DNA of 64,000 bases from a virus (taxonomy: Duplodnaviria; Caudoviricetes): the IMG/VR virus record IMGVR_UViG_3300019378_000009, positions 1-64,000 of that record. The stretch is one strand, 5' to 3'. This document shows positions 6,682 to 14,840 of the stretch, piece after piece. The notes under the pieces are model-generated. The model was not told the origin of the DNA. It saw nothing but the letters and a program-made list of their open reading frames with translations, and did not search any database. Position numbers and translations under genes: made by a program. Within the stretch, counting starts at the first letter, position 1, and every line of letters starts with the position of its first letter.

Positions 6682-7409
6682 GACCCTGACATAGGGCCGC
6701 TATACTATGTTGGTTTGACTGACCGAATCAGTTGGCTATCACCTCGCCGAAAGGGTGCGGCTTCTCTTTTCACGATATGGAATTGAGTGACTTGTGGGTA
6801 CGAGATTGAACGATCGCTCACCCGTGGTTCAAAGTAACTGTGAATTAAATATCGTTTGGGTTTGGTTTCCACCCGCTTAGCGGCGAACGGACGTGTTACC
6901 GTACTGCGATAACAAACGGGGTTTTAGTTGGGAAGGTTTGTCCTATAAATTGACTTCCTCGGGAGCTCGCGTCCCCGTAAGGTTAGCTGACCAACCGCAA
7001 CTCAAGAACATTCCACGCTTGGCTTGGCGGCGAAAGGTGGCGTTGTTGGTGATTTGAGTCGAAAATTGAAATCATCGCTTTTGGGCAATTTAGTGTAATG
7101 AAATTGCTATGGAGTTCAAGTCCCAGATACGCACAGAGGCGTTAGAAGAGCCTCGCCGCGGTAAAGACCTAGCCAGTCAACTTGTACAGTCGTTAGAATA
7201 AGGACGATGCCAAAAGTCTTATTCGCCATCCTACTTGAGCCAAGCAAGAGAGGAATTGGTTTAAAATTGGGCTTGGTAAATCACGCAGGCTTTCATTTTA
7301 TATGTTTGCATCCTCGTGCGGTGGCAGTCGACGAAACAATAGATTGCGGCGGCTTTTAATAGTTGAGTCGAGGCTCTGTAGAGTCTTAAGGGTGGCACCA
7401 CAACTATTA
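6682..7409 (+). ncRNA. unidentified large structured RNA C (~730 nt)
   Basis: ORF-free, long-range stems such as GCTTGGCTT/GAGCCAAGC and TAATAGTTG/CAACTATTA, fills the gap between two tRNAs. Confidence 0.55.
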
Positions 7410-7414
7410 CATAT

Positions 7415-7490
7415 ATCTGTTTAGCTCAGCTGGGAGAGCGCCGTTCTTACAAATCGGAGGTCATAGGTCCGAGTCCTATAACAGATACCA
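7415..7490 (+). tRNA. tRNA-Val(TAC)
   Basis: cloverleaf, CT-TAC-AA loop, CCA. Confidence 0.88.
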
Positions 7491-7491
7491 T

Positions 7492-7565
7492 AGGAGGGTC
7501 AGTCAAAGGAAGGCTAGTGGTCTCCAAAACCACCAATGGGATGTCAGAATTCTCACCTCCTGCCA
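7492..7565 (+). tRNA. tRNA-Trp(CCA), variant T arm
   Basis: GTGGT-CTCCAAA-ACCAC, G73, T-loop GTCAGAA. Confidence 0.82.
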
Positions 7566-7568
7566 TTT

Positions 7569-7645
7569 GGGGAATTAGCTCATGTTGGGAGAGCATCCGC
7601 CCTGCAAGCGGAAGGTGATGGGATCGTCGCCCATATTCTCCACCA
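7569..7645 (+). tRNA. tRNA-Ala(TGC)
   Basis: G3:U70, TCCGC-CCTGCAA-GCGGA (C33), CCA. Confidence 0.88.
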
Positions 7646-7703
7646 AAACACGAACAATCCGCCATACTGGCTCCGAACTCGTGTATAAATAAACGGAACA
7701 AGA

Positions 7704-7735
7704 GGGTTTGTAGTGTGACCTACCAAAAACACTAC
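7704..7735 (+). ncRNA. H-type pseudoknot before tRNA-Asn
   Basis: GGGTT/GACCT crossed with GTAGTGT/ACACTAC. Confidence 0.5.
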
Positions 7736-7739
7736 TTGT

Positions 7740-7814
7740 GGGAGATTCGCAAAGTGGTTGTTGCATGCGGCTGTTAACCGCACTACAGGGGTTCAATTCC
7801 CTTATCTCCCGCCA
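7740..7814 (+). tRNA. tRNA-Asn(GTT)
   Basis: TGCGG-CTGTTAA-CCGCA, GCCA. Confidence 0.9.
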
Positions 7815-7976
7815 GCGGGAGTTTCGTTTGTTACCCGTGAACTGCTTACCCAAAGAAACATAGGGTAAACAAAAGCAGACCAGTATAGGTCGGGGCAAGA
7901 TGGGATAATTCCTGCAGGTCTAATGCTTCCCCGTAAAGGATACAGAGAAGACTGTGGTACTTCCTATACTAAGTAT

Positions 7977-8065
7977 GGTGAATTAGCCTAATGGTAAGGC
8001 AGCAGTCTTGAAAACTGCCGTTGGTGTGAAAGCCATTCAGGGTTCGAATCCCTGGTTCACCGCCA
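7977..8065 (+). tRNA. tRNA-Ser(TGA)
   Basis: long variable arm, CT-TGA-AA loop, GCCA. Confidence 0.92.
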
Positions 8066-8091
8066 AAATATAATAATGGAGTTGTTTAAGT

Positions 8092-8730
8092 ATGGCATAC
8101 ATTTATAAAATTACCAATCAAATTAATCAAAAATGTTATATCGGTAAAACACTAAGAACCATAGAAGTTCGTTGGAGAGAACATCGAAAAGATTATCAAA
8201 AACCAGAAAAAAGTCATCAACCGTTATACAGAGCAATGAATAAGTATGGATTTGATAATTTTGCAATTAGTATCGTCGAAGAATGTGACGACACAATTGT
8301 AGAAGAAAGAGAACGATATTGGATTGAATATTATCAATCTTTTAAAAATGGTTATAATGCTACATTGGGTGGGGACGGAAAGCCGTATATTGATTATGAT
8401 AAAGTTTGCGCTTTATATGAAATATATAAGAACCAAAACGAAGTAGCTAGGCAAATGAATATTAACAAAACTACTGTGCATTATATACTACGGCAACGGA
8501 ACATAGATATGATTCCCTCTTCTTTAGTCACGCCGATGACTACAGGTAAAGTAGTACATCAATATTCATTAAATAATGATTATATCAATACTTTTATGTC
8601 TTTAAGCGAGGCAGCTCGTTATTTAAAAGATGAGTATAATATTACTGCAAATATATCTTCTATTGTATGTAATATTGGTCGTTGTCTTTCTGGCAAAAGA
8701 AAAACTGCTTATAAATTTATTTGGAAATAA
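8092..8730 (+). CDS. GIY-YIG homing endonuclease with NUMOD1-like C-terminus
   Basis: YIYKITN..YIGKT; VHQYSLNNDYINTFMSLSEAA...TAYKFIW. Confidence 0.9.
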   Translation: MAYIYKITNQINQKCYIGKTLRTIEVRWREHRKDYQKPEKSHQPLYRAMNKYGFDNFAISIVEECDDTIVEERERYWIEYYQSFKNGYNATLGGDGKPYIDYDKVCALYEIYKNQNEVARQMNINKTTVHYILRQRNIDMIPSSLVTPMTTGKVVHQYSLNNDYINTFMSLSEAARYLKDEYNITANISSIVCNIGRCLSGKRKTAYKFIWK

Positions 8731-8742
8731 TTTTTTGTTTGT

Positions 8743-8810
8743 TGGTAGCAAAGAAAAACCAACGCCGCAGAAATGCGTATTTTGTGTTTACTGGTAGCAA
8801 AGAAAAACCA
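8743..8810 (+). repeat. 19-bp direct repeat TGGTAGCAAAGAAAAACCA x2
   Basis: copies at 8743-8761 and 8792-8810. Confidence 0.85.
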
Positions 8811-8843
8811 GAAAAAAGTAGGGAGAAAATGAAAGGTTACGGA

Positions 8844-9068
8844 ATGAAATTTAGAGCAAAAGTGCGCCTAGATACTCAAACAGAAATTGCAAACTTTGTA
8901 AATCGTGTTAGTTCTGTTTCTGTACCTGTATTCCTAACAAGTGGCGCCCTATGTGTAAGCGGAAAAAGTTTACTGGGCGCCATTTATACTATGGAATGGG
9001 ATGACCTATGGTGTGAATGTGAAGAAAACATTTATCACTTAATTGAGGACTTTATTATTGTGGATTAG
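8844..9068 (+). CDS. HPr-family protein lacking the His15 motif
   Basis: VSGKSLLG matches HPr Ser46 motif (xAKSIMG); start could be 8829. Confidence 0.7.
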   Translation: MKFRAKVRLDTQTEIANFVNRVSSVSVPVFLTSGALCVSGKSLLGAIYTMEWDDLWCECEENIYHLIEDFIIVD

Positions 9069-9083
9069 TCCGCCACGCAATAT

Positions 9084-9171
9084 GGGAGAGTAGCAAATCG
9101 GCAACTGCACTGGTCTGTAAAACCGGCACTCGTATCGAGTACAATGGGGTCGGCACCCATCTCTCCCACCA
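9084..9171 (+). tRNA. tRNA-Tyr(GTA)
   Basis: variable arm, CT-GTA-AA loop, T-loop GTCGGCA, ACCA. Confidence 0.88.
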
Positions 9172-9179
9172 AATTATAT

Positions 9180-9255
9180 GCCTGTGTAGCTTAGATGGTT
9201 AGAGCGCTGGTTTGAAGCACCAGAGAGGAAGATTCGATCGCTTCCGCAGGCACCA
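9180..9255 (+). tRNA. tRNA-Phe(GAA)
   Basis: CTGGT-TTGAAGC-ACCAG, ACCA. Confidence 0.88.
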
Positions 9256-9263
9256 AAAATGAT

Positions 9264-10025
9264 ATGAGGGACAATATGACAGGAATTTATAAATACACCA
9301 ATTTAATAAACGGTAGCTGTTATATAGGACAAGCTGTTGACTTAGTGCGCAGACACAAAGATCATAAAGTTCGTTATTGTTCACCAACATCAGAAGAATA
9401 CAATAGCGTAATACATCAAGCTTTTCGTAAGTATGGTATAGAAAATTTTACTTATGAAATCCTTGAAGAGTGTGATGTTGAGCAATTAAATGATCGAGAA
9501 ATTTATTGGATTGCTTTTTATGATAGTTACAATAGCGGCTATAATTGTGGACCAGGTGGTTCTGAAAAACATTTCTGTAAGTTTAATGCAGATATATTAG
9601 CAAGCATTACAAATGATTTGCAAAATACTGATATGACATATCAAGACATTGCTAATAAAAATGGTTGTTCTGTGGGCTTTGTTGGTGATTTTAATGCAGG
9701 AAAGTTATGGAAACAAGATGGAGTGCAGTATCCACTTAGACAACATAAGAGAAATCAAAGATTTTGCACTGTATGCAATACACCAATTAGCAAAGATGGT
9801 GTTACTGGAATGTGTTCCAAATGTTATGCCAAGTCTATTCGTACAGTTGAAAGACCGAGTGCGGAACAGTTGTTAGAAGAAGTAGCGACCTCTTCTTTCG
9901 CTGCTGTGGGGCGTAAATATAATTTAACAGATAATGCAATACGCAAATGGTGTAAAGCATATGGTTTACCCACGCATTCAAAAGAAATAAAAGATTTATA
10001 TAATCGTACGTTTTTAAGCACTTAA
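9264..10025 (+). CDS. GIY-YIG homing endonuclease, paralog of 2061-2834
   Basis: GIYKYTN..YIGQA, CxxC pairs, VGRKYNLTDNAIRKWCKAY. Confidence 0.9.
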   Translation: MRDNMTGIYKYTNLINGSCYIGQAVDLVRRHKDHKVRYCSPTSEEYNSVIHQAFRKYGIENFTYEILEECDVEQLNDREIYWIAFYDSYNSGYNCGPGGSEKHFCKFNADILASITNDLQNTDMTYQDIANKNGCSVGFVGDFNAGKLWKQDGVQYPLRQHKRNQRFCTVCNTPISKDGVTGMCSKCYAKSIRTVERPSAEQLLEEVATSSFAAVGRKYNLTDNAIRKWCKAYGLPTHSKEIKDLYNRTFLST

Positions 10026-10088
10026 TAAGTTGGCTAGGGTAAGAGGACCCGATAAGTAGTTGATAATAAAACAATAACCAGAAAATAT

Positions 10089-10165
10089 GGGACTTTAGTA
10101 CAAATGGTTCGTGCACTTGGCTCATAACCAAGCTTATCTGGGTTCAAATCCCAGGGGTCCCACCA
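10089..10165 (+). tRNA. tRNA CAT (Ile2 or elongator Met)
   Basis: CTTGG-CTCATAA-CCAAG, paired 1:72, ACCA. Confidence 0.85.
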
Positions 10166-10173
10166 ATTAATTT

Positions 10174-10249
10174 GCAGGTGTAGCAGACTGGTAATGCACT
10201 CGACTTTTAATCGAGGTAATGTAGGGTTCGAATCCCACTACCTGCACCA
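10174..10249 (+). tRNA. tRNA-Lys(TTT)
   Basis: CTCGA-CTTTTAA-TCGAG, ACCA. Confidence 0.88.
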
Positions 10250-10275
10250 TATGTCAATATAACAGGAGGTAAACT

Positions 10276-11040
10276 ATGACAACTAAATATTTTGTAGTAA
10301 GTGATGTTCATGGCTTTTACTCCTTACTTATGAAAGCACTCAAGCAGCAAGGATTTGAAATAAACAATCCTTCTCATCACCTTATCATTTGCGGCGATGC
10401 TTTTGACCGCGGCAAGGAAGCAAAACAATTACAAGATTTTCTTGTGTCTATGCAAGAACAAAATCGTTTGATATATATTTGCGGCAACCACGAAGATTTA
10501 ATGCTTGAAATGATAAGAGATTTGCCGCAGATTTGCGACCATATAGAGTGGACGCATCACGCAAGCAATGGTACTGTTTCTACTCTGTTGCAGCTTACAG
10601 GAATGACACTCTCACAAGTTAAGCGTGATCCATATCGTGCAATAGAGTATTTTACTCACACTCCATTTTATAAGCAACTGTTGCCAGAAATAGTAGATTA
10701 TGTGGAAATTGGTGACTGCGTGTTTGTACATGGTTGGATACCTTGTTTTTCTCATTTGCATAATTGGCGCGAAGCCTCTAATAGCGAATGGAGAGAAGCA
10801 AGATGGTGGAATGGTATGGAATTGTGGCGCAATAAAGCATGCCGCGAATCCGGAAAAACCATTGTTTGTGGACATTGGAACTGTAGCTGGGGCTGGGCAC
10901 AAGAGGATTGCGAAACATATACGGAATGGGGACAGAGTGCAAACTTCGAACCCTATGATCGTGAAGGTATTCTCGCTATTGACGGATGCGTTGCATACAG
11001 CGGAATTATGAATTGCGTAGTATTGGAAGTTGACAATTAG
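10276..11040 (+). CDS. calcineurin-like metallophosphoesterase
   Basis: DVHG, GDAFDRG, GNHE, VHG, GHW motifs. Confidence 0.9.
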   Translation: MTTKYFVVSDVHGFYSLLMKALKQQGFEINNPSHHLIICGDAFDRGKEAKQLQDFLVSMQEQNRLIYICGNHEDLMLEMIRDLPQICDHIEWTHHASNGTVSTLLQLTGMTLSQVKRDPYRAIEYFTHTPFYKQLLPEIVDYVEIGDCVFVHGWIPCFSHLHNWREASNSEWREARWWNGMELWRNKACRESGKTIVCGHWNCSWGWAQEDCETYTEWGQSANFEPYDREGILAIDGCVAYSGIMNCVVLEVDN

Positions 11041-11058
11041 TCCAAGTTGTGTTATAAT
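11030..11058 (+). promoter_or_regulatory. consensus sigmaA promoter
   Basis: TTGACA-17-TATAAT with TG. Confidence 0.85.
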
Positions 11059-11091
11059 ATACTCGGAGAAGAAGTAAAAGGACGGTATATT

Positions 11092-11715
11092 ATGATAAAC
11101 ACTACGCGTTTACGCTTAATCATTGGATGGTTAGCTATTTCATTATCGCTAATTGTACTTATATTATCTTTAAGTTTTGGTTTTGGTTTTCCAGACTCAA
11201 TTTCTGCAACTTATTATTTTGATACTTGTATTACGCCTTTTATGATTATTTTGGGTTCCGCAAGCATTTTATTATTTAGTTATCGTGGTTATGACAAGCA
11301 AGATGATATAATATGCACTATAGCGGGTATTTTGGGATTGTGTATTTGTCTTTTTCCTTGCATGACAACGCCAGTACCAATGGCTTTTGTTGGTACTTTC
11401 CATTTGCCTGTAATATTAAGTGGTATAATTCACAATATAACAGCTGCGGGATTTTTTGCATTGTTGGCATATAATTCATTATTTTTGTTCACCAAAAGTG
11501 GCGAAATTATGACCGATAAAAAGAAAAAGCGTAATTTAGTTTTTCGCATCTGCGGTATTGGTATGTTAGTAGCATTTGCGCTAATTATTCCGGTCGCGAT
11601 TTTTCAAATACATGGTTTAACTTGGGTGCTTGAATTTATTGCGTTAAGCTTTTTTGGAATATCTTGGTTAACAAAAGCCAATTATTATTCTTGGCTTTTC
11701 GCAGAAAAAGACTAA
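11092..11715 (+). CDS. multi-pass membrane protein (DUF998-like)
   Basis: about 6 hydrophobic segments, SISxxY and H..A motifs. Confidence 0.75.
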   Translation: MINTTRLRLIIGWLAISLSLIVLILSLSFGFGFPDSISATYYFDTCITPFMIILGSASILLFSYRGYDKQDDIICTIAGILGLCICLFPCMTTPVPMAFVGTFHLPVILSGIIHNITAAGFFALLAYNSLFLFTKSGEIMTDKKKKRNLVFRICGIGMLVAFALIIPVAIFQIHGLTWVLEFIALSFFGISWLTKANYYSWLFAEKD

Positions 11716-11723
11716 ATTAAAAT

Positions 11724-11752
11724 TTGATTTTTAACAAAATTTATGCTATAAT
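11724..11752 (+). promoter_or_regulatory. sigmaA-type promoter of the giant-RNA transcription unit
   Basis: TTGATT-17-TATAAT with TG. Confidence 0.8.
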
Positions 11753-11852
11753 ATTTATAGAAAGAACAAAGAAGTCTGGAATTTTTATCGCGCTGATGTT
11801 AGTCAGACTTAAAAGAGGAAACGCGCGCTCAATCTTTGTTCTTTTGTTTAAT

Positions 11853-11926
11853 GGGTTGCTAGTTTAACGGTAAAACGGCAGATTGTGGCTCTGCTCTTAG
11901 TAGTTCAATTCTACTGCTTCCCTCCA
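11853..11926 (+). tRNA. tRNA-His(GTG), atypical acceptor
   Basis: GCAGA-TTGTGGC-TCTGC; two U:U acceptor mismatches, no encoded G-1/C73. Confidence 0.78.
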
Positions 11927-11997
11927 AGTTCCCATCCAGATGACCCTGAGATGTCTATATGGGCATACTATAGACAGAGAGATGGGAACTATTATTT

Positions 11998-12072
11998 GCA
12001 GGTATAGTATAATGGTTATTATGAGTCCTTGCCAAGGATTAGATGTGGGTTCAATTCCCATTACTTGCTCCA
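11998..12072 (+). tRNA. tRNA-Gly(GCC)
   Basis: AGTCC-TTGCCAA-GGATT, U73, CCA. Confidence 0.9.
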
Positions 12073-12260
12073 GGCTGACGAGGTAGATTGGCAATCTACG
12101 AGGTCTGAGCCGTTGTATCACAACTTGCCCAGTGTTGGCGGACTAGTAGGTATACGCAGCATAAATCATAGACCAAGTGGGATGTTCCCCAAAACTCTAT
12201 GGGGTCTATGTACCTGTCCATAATGAATACCCGAACCAAAAGGCAGAAAACCTCTGCAAC
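12073..12260 (+). ncRNA. unidentified structured RNA D (~190 nt)
   Basis: stems GTAGATT/AATCTAC, CATAGACC/GGTCTATG; no ORF. Confidence 0.4.
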
Positions 12261-13458
12261 TTTTGCACTGTTGCCAATAGTACCAGTATGCACCAAAAGG
12301 TACTAACACACATTTGAGTTAGCAAATAAGATTGTGTTGTCTAACGCGGCAGGTGTCGTCTCCCATACGATAATGGGATGCCAAATGCAGAGGCTGGCAA
12401 CCTGCCGTTTCGCTTGACGATATAAGCTACGGAAAGATTCGGTAGAAATATCGAACTGCACGTTGGTGCTACGAAGATCCCTTAAGCCGTTAGCCGTAAA
12501 GTAGTGGAGCTTATGCTGAGAAGTTATTTTACGTGAATCGGGGTGCTTGCAGGTTCTGTAATTCGTTTGTTAATCGTGAGAACTGTTGGGGCGGGGTTGT
12601 GCCGAGAGCTGTAGTAAATGGAGTTAGAAGAACAGCCAACGAGTTAAATATTTGGTGCCACGAAGCGCCGCCTACACTGAGTATTAAGACTCGACGTAAA
12701 AGGGAATGGTGAAGCAGAAGCAGTGGTAAATGGAATGTGATAAACAGCCAATGAATCAAAAAAATTGTATAGGTATCAGGTAAGATTAAGATAGCTCTGT
12801 AGTGACAAAGAGAACGCTAGAAATAGAGATGAGGTTGCAAACCCTCTGGAGCATACGCCTATACTACAGAACAGAAAACTGTACAAACAATGTCCGTGGA
12901 CTGAAACGGCCACAGGCGAGGATAGGGAAAATATCGCCGTAAATATTTGGTGCCTACTCGGGGAATACAGGTGGTAGGATAAATGAGACGACCCAGCCAG
13001 CCAAATATAGCAAACAATTAAGGTAGTGGACGGACGGGACGACGGTGAAATGACGTTGTGTTGATTGTTTGCGAAAAACTTGGGAGTCGGTGGAACAGAT
13101 CGCCCCGACAGAGCATCCACAGCATCGTTAAGCATTTACCTCTACTGTGCTATTGAAAATCTACGATCCAGCGAGCCGGCCGCTATTGTCGGTAAAACCC
13201 CGATATCGTAGAGTTGGGTACCGCAAGAAGGTGGATAAAAGCGGGATAAAAATGTTATCACCAAACCTCGAAAATAGCAGGCAGTTGAAATACAATGCAC
13301 CATTTCGAGTGAGTCCAAAGGCCGTGCCTATACGACCGCGGTTGAACCTCAAGGCCACGCGAGTGGTACAAGGTAAAAGTAGGCTGAAATACCGCTGGCA
13401 AAATTGCAAATCGGATACGCAGATATGGGCTAAGTAAACGCATATCTCAAGTGCACAA
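12261..13458 (+). ncRNA. ROOL-like giant RNA, expanded (~1200 nt)
   Basis: terminal pairing TGCACT/AGTGCA; 5' CACCAAAAGG..AGCAAATAAG and 3' CAATGCA..GTCCAAAG..AAGT.GGCTGAAA..TCTCA motifs resemble ROOL as recalled. Confidence 0.6.
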
Positions 13459-13459
13459 C

Positions 13460-14197
13460 GAAGAGGAGCCGAGGATTTAGGAAACGTAGGACAACGGAGT
13501 GTAGATAGCTCGTCGCAAGAAATTTGAGGAGTTGACCGTCTTTCTTCACGGGCGGATGCCAAAGGTCATTGCTCACCCATCCTTGTGTTATTCATCGTGA
13601 GAACGAGCGTGTAATACAGAACAATGTTGAGTTGTTCAAGTGTGGGAAGAGTTGAGGTTTCGCTCAAGGAAGAACCTCTGGGCGTTTCCGAATATTGTAA
13701 TGGGTGCGACGGCACTCGTAACATATTGTTAAACAAACTATCGAAAAGTAGTAGGTCCCCTCGACGGCTGTTGCCGGGCACGGATTGGACTGAGGGATAA
13801 GTGGGAAGGTAGTGAACTGCCTACGGTGGAAGCAAGAACGTGTTGTGGATGCTTAGATAGTGATAGGGGCTGGCATACGTGCCCTGGTCCCACCTTACAC
13901 GAGTTGAACTCGTGATAGACGCTTTAACTGGGCGTCGCGGCGGTCCCTACGCAGAAATAGGGGCTACACTTCGAGTGTGGCAAAATGTTTTACTTCGCCT
14001 TTAGAGGTGCGCTCGCAGGACGAGCCAACCAATCCACGGGTTGTAAAATAAACACGAAAAGCGCGTCTTAGACAAAAGGCGGTTCTATCATATGCTAGTG
14101 ATATGATATTTGGGAGGGAATGTTAGGTGGCGTCCCAAAGTGTAATAGGTGGCGATAACCGCAGTGAAGCAACCCAATGCGTGAAGAGGTTGTGGCA
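13460..14197 (+). ncRNA. unidentified large structured RNA E (~740 nt)
   Basis: at least 15 hairpins plus long-range GGAAACG/CGTTTCC; ORF-free. Confidence 0.55.
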
Positions 14198-14206
14198 TTA
14201 TATAAT

Positions 14207-14281
14207 AGGCAGGATTTGCCCGAAGTGGTAATTCTGGAAGACACTTACGGTGATGTGGGTTCGATTCCCGCCGGACAGCCT
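14207..14281 (+). ncRNA. tRNA-like element without a normal anticodon arm
   Basis: TTGCCCG/CGGACAG acceptor-like stem, perfect T arm GTGGG-TTCGATT-CCCGC, no CCA. Confidence 0.5.
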
Positions 14282-14315
14282 GTGATAGTTATATAGTGAA
14301 ACCGTAAATAAATAT

Positions 14316-14389
14316 ACAGAATGTGATGTAACAGTAACATACGAGTTTTGGGAACTTGAGTAGCGGGGCGGCACCGACATTCTGTACCA
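14316..14389 (+). tRNA. tRNA-Pro(TGG), variant T arm
   Basis: CGAGT-TTTGGGA-ACTTG, ACAGAATG/CATTCTGT, ACCA. Confidence 0.78.
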
Positions 14390-14416
14390 GTATTAAATAA
14401 GTCAGGAGATGCTATT

Positions 14417-14539
14417 ATGTATACCAAAGAACTTCGTAAGCTCATTATTGAAAATCGTCTTGCAAGATTGGCTACCAATGGTAAAGACAATTGGCCGATA
14501 CGCAAGAAGCTCGAAAGAGAATTGAAGAAATATTCCTAA
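14417..14539 (+). CDS. 40-aa basic protein (below ORF-track cutoff)
   Basis: AGGAGA SD, MYTKELRKLIIENRLARL... Confidence 0.6.
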   Translation: MYTKELRKLIIENRLARLATNGKDNWPIRKKLERELKKYS

Positions 14540-14544
14540 ATTAG

Positions 14545-14572
14545 TCCCGAATTTATTCGGGATTTTCTTTTT
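14545..14572 (+). terminator. intrinsic terminator ending the RNA island
   Basis: TCCCGAA/TTCGGGA hairpin plus U tract. Confidence 0.75.
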
Positions 14573-14580
14573 GAAAAAAT

Positions 14581-14609
14581 TTGATTTTTTTTAAATTTTA
14601 TGGTATAAT
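14581..14609 (+). promoter_or_regulatory. sigmaA-type promoter
   Basis: TTGATT-17-TATAAT with TG. Confidence 0.75.
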
Positions 14610-14630
14610 AATATTAGAAAGGAGAAGCAG

Positions 14631-14840
14631 ATGAAGTTATATGAAAAACTAATAAGGCTTTTTATTGCCTTTTGTTTATGTTTTAGCGCTGGCTTTTCAA
14701 TGATTTGTGCTATTGCATTTTTATGCGCATGTATACAATATGGAGCGTTTGTAGCAGGAGTAACAGGTATATTATGGGCAATTTTCGCAAATTTTCAAGC
14801 AGTTACAGCAGAAGAATATGTGAAGGGAGTTTATTTATGA
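14631..14840 (+). CDS. small membrane protein
   Basis: two hydrophobic segments, AGGAG SD. Confidence 0.7.
   Translation: MKLYEKLIRLFIAFCLCFSAGFSMICAIAFLCACIQYGAFVAGVTGILWAIFANFQAVTAEEYVKGVYL

Noticed and set aside
8731-8815. CRISPR mini-array
   Set aside because: Only two 19-bp repeats, no leader and no cas genes.
11789-12110. Hammerhead ribozymes at CTGATG (11793), CTGAGA (11947), CTGACGA (12075)
   Set aside because: The CUGANGA and GAAA cores are never both complete with correct stems.
12029-14505. ORFs such as 13147-13437 and 13161-13562
   Set aside because: Shadow ORFs over ncRNA/tRNA; no motifs or ribosome-binding sites.
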